Notes under the pieces: generated by a model | What the model was told of the DNA's origin: nothing | What the model saw: only the letters and a program-made list of their open reading frames with translations | The model's database searches: none | In this document: one piece after another, positions 58,180-64,000 of the stretch | How the letters are laid out: each line of letters begins with the position of its first letter | Numbering within the stretch: position 1 is the first letter of the stretch | Assembly (NCBI GenBank): GCA_017499595.2 | Contig: CM039006.1 | Span: 1,860,001-1,924,000 of the forward strand | Direction of reading: 5' to 3' | DNA from: Psilocybe cubensis | Lineage: Eukaryota | Length of the DNA: 64,000 nt | Made by a program: the position numbers and the translations under genes

Positions 58180-61154
58180 CCAAACACACCGTATACTCCT
58201 CGATGTCCGAGTTCTTCATGAGCTTGAGTAAGAATGAGACGTCGCTTGTCTGGATCTAGAATAACCAAGAGTGGAGGTCTTCCTTGTCGTCGTCGATAGA
58301 GTTGATCATCTTTGAGATAGTACTGAGTAGCGCGAGCAAGGAATCGTCGTCGGGACTGCAAATTGGGAAAAGGGGGTATAGTTTGGTCTGTAAGAAATTG
58401 AAGAATTTGTCGAAGTGTCCGTTCTTGAGAAGAAGAAGAAGCAATAAAAGAAGGAAGCGAGATAGAGTCATATGATGGCATAGAAGAGGGAGTAAAAAGA
58501 AAAGTAGGGAAAAATTTGACCGTATTAAGAAGAGCAATATCGTCGAGCCAGTCATCGTCTTCTTGAGGTTCTTCTAACTCTTCAGAAGTTGGTTGTCGCC
58601 TTGAAAGTCCATCAGGTCCACGATGATTACCGGCCTTTACATGGATGAGCTTGAAGTCAAAGAGAAGAATGCCTTGTATCCATCGATTCATACTAGCACT
58701 AGGCTGCAAGTCAGGCTGATTGAGCATGCCTTTGATGTACTTGGCGTCGACTTCAACGTAGAGGTTCTTGACTCCAATAAGATAGAGGCGGAATTCTCGA
58801 AGAGCACGGAAAAGACCATATAACTCAAGCTTGGGCTGACTGTATCGTGCTTCTCGTGGATTAAGTGAGATAGAACCATAGCGGACAGGTCGTCGGATGC
58901 CTTCTTTGTCAAGCTGATAGAGAATAATACCAATAGCAATGTGAGAAGTGTCCACGGCAAGAATAACTGGGCGATCGGATGAATAGTCAATAGAAGTGAG
59001 AACAGGAGGATTGGAAATGATTTCTTTGAGAGTTTGGAAAGAGTCTTCTCGTTGTTGAGTCCAGACAAAGGGTTCGTCCTTACGATAGAGTTCTGTGAGT
59101 GGTCGGACAAGGGCTGAGTAATTTCTGATCCAAACACGCATTGTTCCGCATAGACCTAGAAAGGATCGGATGTCGTGAACAGACTTTGGTCGTGGCCAAT
59201 CAGTGACTTTCTGTATCTTGCTCTGATCGGGTAGTCGTCCATCCGGAGTGCATAACTGTCCAAGGATAAGAACTTTAGGCTGAGCGAGCTGAGTCTTTGG
59301 TCCAGAAAATGTAGCACCAGCACATCCCATGCGGTGCATAACTCGATGAACATCTTGAGCGTGTTCCCAGACAAATCGTCGTATTCCTGGATTTTCTGGA
59401 AGTGTTTCTGGATTGCCGTCCTCGTCTAAGTACTGTGTTGGAGGGCCTTTGATAGGAACATCGTCGATAAAGACATTGGCTACGTGAGGGATCTCGTCAC
59501 GAAGGATGAAGGTTGTACAGGCTTGAAATTCCGCTACTGCATTCGTATATCCCATAGGCATTGAAGTAAGTCGAAGAGGTCCAATAGGCGACTGGAATGT
59601 GGTAAGATCTCGGCTCATAGGATGGATTTTGCGTGCGTCATATCCCCAATATAAGTCAAAGACCGTGTAAATAGAATGACCAGCAAAGGGAACCACAAAG
59701 TCGTCAAGAACTGGAGGAACTCCTGCGTCGCGATAGGAAATAGAGTTAAGAATCTGCAGATCATGAACTAGACGGATAGCACCAGATGTCTTCTTCTTGA
59801 CCCAGAAAATTGGAGAGCGATACGGAGCTTGGCTTGGTTCGTATACTCCAGCGTCTATCTTTTCACGTAAGAGACTGATAACTTGATCCTTGATGCCGGG
59901 TGGAATAGGAATATTTCGGACTACCCAGGGCTCGTGATCCTCAACAGGAAAGATGTATGGAGAGAAGTATTCTTCAGAAAATGTTCCACGTTCGGACTGA
60001 TGAAAAGCGAGTGAGCGTTCATTGAGTTTAAGAATATGAAGGAAAAGCTTTTCTTCTTCCGGCCATAGGAATTTGTTGGCGTTAATGTTCATTGATTGTA
60101 TGTGATCAAGAGTGAGTCTGGTTGTTGGCGTAAAGGCAGGGGGATGGAGTGGGAGAGGTGGGAGAGATAATAAGGGATCAACAGGAATTCGTCGTATAAC
60201 TTTGGCCGATTCTGGAGTAACCCGATTTATAGGTCTAACTTTCCGATCGACTCGTTTATAGGCTGTATTGGCAGAAGAGGGGGAAAGAATAGGTGATATG
60301 AATTGATTCATGGAGGCTCGGAAGGTTGATAGTGTCGATCCTGACGCGGCAGTGAATACAAAACCAATTGTAGGATAGCTTGACGACCTTGCCGAATTAG
60401 TTCGGTTGACGGTGGGTTTAGCAGTAATATCTGAATTGAGTGACCATGATCTCGCATAAATGCTTTGATCTATCCGAAATTTCTGTAGGTCTTGACCCAT
60501 CAGAGGTAATGGAGTGGTCGTCCTTCTTATCTTGTCCGTAAGCTTGATTTTTCGCTCTTTGTGGATAAGATGAAGCCCTTCCCGATTCTGTAGGAGTTCG
60601 AGGTGTATTGGAGGCGTGATGGTGGTGTATATTGGAGATAGAGATTCCGTATAGCATTCCTTTGGGAGGTTGCGCGTGTTTCTCCAAGAACTCTGCAATA
60701 GGTGACCTGAGGATTTGTTTGCTGACTGAAGTGGTGAAGCGGGGGTGGAACAAATAAATAAAAGAGAGGAATAAATAAAGGTTAGTTTAACGACTTTTCG
60801 GTCGACGTACATACAAATGGATAAAGTGGAAAGAAAATGAAAATAAAAGGTAAAGGAAAAGGTTGTATGGCTTGGAGTTGCCATTGAGAGTGTGAATGTG
60901 AGGAAAAGGTGCATAAAAGAAAAGTGGAGGCGTTCAAGAACTCGTTGCACAAATGAAAAATCTACATAAGTGTCCGTGAAATAGAAAAGAGAAACGCAAA
61001 ATGTGGAAATAAAATGGGAGGTGGAATAAAGGCATAACGATGAGGAAGAAGAAACACCAGCAACAGCAAAGGTGACAAAGAAAAATTGAGGGGATCGGAG
61101 AACAAAGAGAGGGCGTTGAGGAAGCAAGCTGATGTCCATGCACCGTCCAGATAG
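58180..61154 (-). CDS. Gypsy-A pol (RT, RNase H, start of integrase)
   Basis: MPMGYTNA, FIDD, AVDTS, EVDA, AHEELGHRG; truncated by the Gypsy-B insertion. Confidence 0.92.
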
Positions 61155-64000
61155 TCAGTACAATGTGTTGGCGTCCAAGGGATGTTCTTCCGTGTTGTTG
61201 ATACCAAAGGGACTTTCTTCTCCATACTGATAGTACCATTCGTTTCCATCATCCATATTTGAAGCTCGCGATTCGTGCATTGTGCTGGTTATGGGAAGAG
61301 GTAAAAGGGAAGAATTGTGGTCGACCTCTTTGCCATTTTGGGCGATTAGTAGCTCTTCTTCATCCTCGTTTAATGGCTCCTTCGGACTGTCGTGGGCTAC
61401 CCGCAGAGGATGTACCAAAGCTTTCGGGCCTCGATGATGCTCGTCTACATTTGCGGTGACCGTCGATGATACATGTGTTTCTTGGTGAATCATAATCGAA
61501 AGAGGCGTCTCTGGAAGAGCAGAACTTCGGGAATGAGGTTGGGGAATAGAAGAAGCGTTTTGAGAGCGAATGGATTGGGGAATAAAATGAGTCCAGGATG
61601 CTGAGTGACATTGGCCCATTGGATAAGCACTGACTGAAGCAGAGTGGTTAGATTGAGACGAGATACCAGTGCGACTGAAGTGTAGAATAGTTGGAGTCGT
61701 CGTCAAGTTTATATGGCTGTCTCTCTGCGGATAAACATAATGGACAAAGGCCGTTCCTGTTCGGTCAGAAACAACACGAGTAGGAGAAGAATAAGTGGCG
61801 TCGTATAGAATCCAGTCTTCAAAGCGCAAGTGGGGGTTGAGCATTCCCATAGCCGTAAGGTGAGTATTGTCAGAAGAGAATTGAATAGCTTCTACTTCGG
61901 GTGAGCTCAATTGTTCCATTTCTGGATCGTCGTCAGCTGGTTCTTCTTCATGTGGGTCGTTATTGTCTGAAGTGTGGGATTTGATGGACGGATTGACAGA
62001 TGGTGATGGTGGCTGTTCTATTTGTGGGGCCTCATGTGTGGAATCGTAAGGTGGTGTGGAAATATGACCATAATGGGCTGTCGCATTGAATTGAGAAGTT
62101 CCCGAGTCATCTTGATACATTGAGTCATAATCGGAAGCGTAGAGACCGTGAGAGGAGTCCTGAGTCGAGTCATGTTCGCAGTTGGAGTCAGAGAAAGAGG
62201 GTGCATCTTGTGAAGTGGATAAGTCCTCATTTGGGTTAGCAGATTCGTCCCGATTCAGAGATTGTTGCCTAGTAAGGATAGATAACTCGATCATGGAAGG
62301 GGTAGGTGATGGATAGCGAAGGTCGTCCAATAATTCACCGGGTTCTAGATCTTCTTCAATTTCACCTTCTTCGGCATCCGGATTAGCTAAGGAGAGGTCG
62401 TTGTGTGCTAACATTGTGTGGGGGGTCTTGTCGTAAATGGTATCCGTGAAGTAACGCCGGTCGTGCTGAGTATCAGGTGTCACAAGGAATTTCTGCTCAC
62501 GTGTAGGATCTTTGACGTCATAGAAGGCAATGAAGGTCCCTTCGGGTCGTTCTAGAATGTCCACATAGTTGTCACGGGTCCATGGACGTCCCAAGAGTAT
62601 ATCAAACTGGACTTTGTCGGATACATAGCAATGAGCACGCGTCCTGACTGTACCAATATCAAGTTGAACATTTCCAACGAATCCAAGCATGTGGGATTTG
62701 CCGCCATGAATATCGACCATAACAATAGTATTCCGGCTGTCCATCGGCAACTTGACAATCTTCTTCCAAGCCTGTTCGCTTAGAATGTTCTGCGTAGATC
62801 CACTGTCAATCAAGGCATTGAGTTCGTGACCATTACACATTAATGTGATTCGAAGAAGGGGCTCGTGAGCGCGAAGGGATTCGACTGAATTGGTCTCGTG
62901 CATGTATTGAACAGGTACGTCCTTTTCGGCACTGCGAATGATGTCTAGAACTTCCTTATCGGAAAGCTTTAAGTTGCCGTTTGCCAATGAAGCTTTGAAT
63001 TCGTCGACAGTAAGGGTCTTGCCTTTGATGCTGTTGATAAGAAGGGTCCTAAGGTCCTTTGAAACTCCAAGTAGCTCGCCGAACGTCGCATTAACGGGTT
63101 GATTAAGGCATCGTCTGAGAATGGCCATAGTGTCGACAGTTTGGGATATGTCAGAGACACGTTTCTGAGGTGCTGCACGTGGCTTGGTAACTGATTTGCC
63201 TCGTTCTAGACTAGGAGTGACATCTTCCATGATTTGATCATCATCGGCCGGATCAAAAACCTCGTGTCGTTGGGCAGTCTCGGGATGTTCCGTTGGATTT
63301 GCCCTAATCGGGACATTGGGTTGAGCTTGTTTGACAGGAATTGATGGATTCATTTCGGCAGAAGGTTGATTAATTGACGGGATTGGGACAGGTTGAATGG
63401 AAGTGGAGCTAGGCACGTTGTTCGGCAATCCAGAGTTAGCCGGACGTTTAAGAATAGATGGGATCTGAGAAGAATCCTTAGCTTTACTCATTTCCGCTCG
63501 CTTCCCTTTCAGATACGCGGGTTCCGGAGGTACCACAGCGTCCATGACCTGTTTGCGTGCAGCACGTGTTCGCTTTTCAGTTGGGATTCGATTACCAGGA
63601 CCTGCCAGCGTAAACTCAAACTCGTCTTCTCCATCCCAGGTTCCAATGTCGTCCTCTTCTTCTTCTGCAACCATGGCTCTGTAGTTCTTGAACATCTGAC
63701 CATAATATGCTTCGGATACGGCTATGCTTGTGGTAGCAACTTGAGGAGGAGGAGGAGGAGGAGGCTGTTGTTGACGAAGGACTGCTTGTGCGATTGACTC
63801 TCCATTCTGGCGAATAATGCGGGATCCATCAGGGAAGACAACTCGATTGCTACTGTCTCTGGAGATGAGCTTGCGGTTTGTAAGATCAATGAGCGTCGGG
63901 CAGTTGTTGATTCCATGGCCTTGTTGGTGGCAACCATAGCAGATGATCTCGGATGTGGACTGACGTGGTGCTCGTGGTGCTGGAGGTGCTGACTGACTTG
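61155..64000 (-). CDS. Gypsy-A gag-protease ORF (5' partial)
   Basis: CYGCHQQGHGINNC near 63900-63940 is in frame with ALIDSGSTQN and ILLGRPW. Confidence 0.88.
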   Translation of the reverse strand, partial: SQSAPPAPRAPRQSTSEIICYGCHQQGHGINNCPTLIDLTNRKLISRDSSNRVVFPDGSRIIRQNGESIAQAVLRQQQPPPPPPPQVATTSIAVSEAYYGQMFKNYRAMVAEEEEDDIGTWDGEDEFEFTLAGPGNRIPTEKRTRAARKQVMDAVVPPEPAYLKGKRAEMSKAKDSSQIPSILKRPANSGLPNNVPSSTSIQPVPIPSINQPSAEMNPSIPVKQAQPNVPIRANPTEHPETAQRHEVFDPADDDQIMEDVTPSLERGKSVTKPRAAPQKRVSDISQTVDTMAILRRCLNQPVNATFGELLGVSKDLRTLLINSIKGKTLTVDEFKASLANGNLKLSDKEVLDIIRSAEKDVPVQYMHETNSVESLRAHEPLLRITLMCNGHELNALIDSGSTQNILSEQAWKKIVKLPMDSRNTIVMVDIHGGKSHMLGFVGNVQLDIGTVRTRAHCYVSDKVQFDILLGRPWTRDNYVDILERPEGTFIAFYDVKDPTREQKFLVTPDTQHDRRYFTDTIYDKTPHTMLAHNDLSLANPDAEEGEIEEDLEPGELLDDLRYPSPTPSMIELSILTRQQSLNRDESANPNEDLSTSQDAPSFSDSNCEHDSTQDSSHGLYASDYDSMYQDDSGTSQFNATAHYGHISTPPYDSTHEAPQIEQPPSPSVNPSIKSHTSDNNDPHEEEPADDDPEMEQLSSPEVEAIQFSSDNTHLTAMGMLNPHLRFEDWILYDATYSSPTRVVSDRTGTAFVHYVYPQRDSHINLTTTPTILHFSRTGISSQSNHSASVSAYPMGQCHSASWTHFIPQSIRSQNASSIPQPHSRSSALPETPLSIMIHQETHVSSTVTANVDEHHRGPKALVHPLRVAHDSPKEPLNEDEEELLIAQNGKEVDHNSSLLPLPITSTMHESRASNMDDGNEWYYQYGEESPFGINNTEEHPLDANTLY

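Larger units (their letters stand above)
45463..64000 (-). mobile_element. Ty3/Gypsy retrotransposon (Gypsy-A), 5' end outside the window, interrupted by Gypsy-B
   Basis: gag CCHC, protease, RT, RH, IN order on the minus strand. The left boundary and putative 3' LTR (~45463-47091) are tentative because the partner LTR is absent. Confidence 0.8.

Overview
Fungal genomic DNA, most likely an agaric basidiomycete (short GT-AG introns, KDZ/TET elements). Two host genes lie at the left (a histidine acid phosphatase and an XPA-C-like hypothetical), followed by a ~57 kb nest of transposons. (1) A Ty1/Copia element (6965-27246; identical 181-bp LTRs, AAATC TSD) splits a host secreted-protein gene. (2) Two near-identical ~15.7 kb KDZ (Kyakuja-Dileera-Zisupton) DNA transposons sit in opposite orientation (9308-24948 and 29617-45329). 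Each has 318-bp TIRs, its own 7-bp TSD and six spliced genes: CxC2-KDZ transposase, TET/JBP-like dioxygenase, homeodomain/HMG-like protein, Zn2Cys6 protein, proline-repeat protein and an unknown protein. (3) A second Copia LTR contains both an unspliced and a spliced copy of the same segment. (4) A Ty3/Gypsy element runs off the right edge. Inside its integrase gene is the most unusual object here: a 9.9 kb Gypsy-type gag/pro/pol element (48269-58179) bounded by two apparently identical 799-bp LTRs in INVERTED orientation. Each LTR has an inward-facing PBS, the element has a 4-bp TSD, and it carries a six-exon antisense accessory gene. All alignments and domain calls were made by eye; no searches were run.
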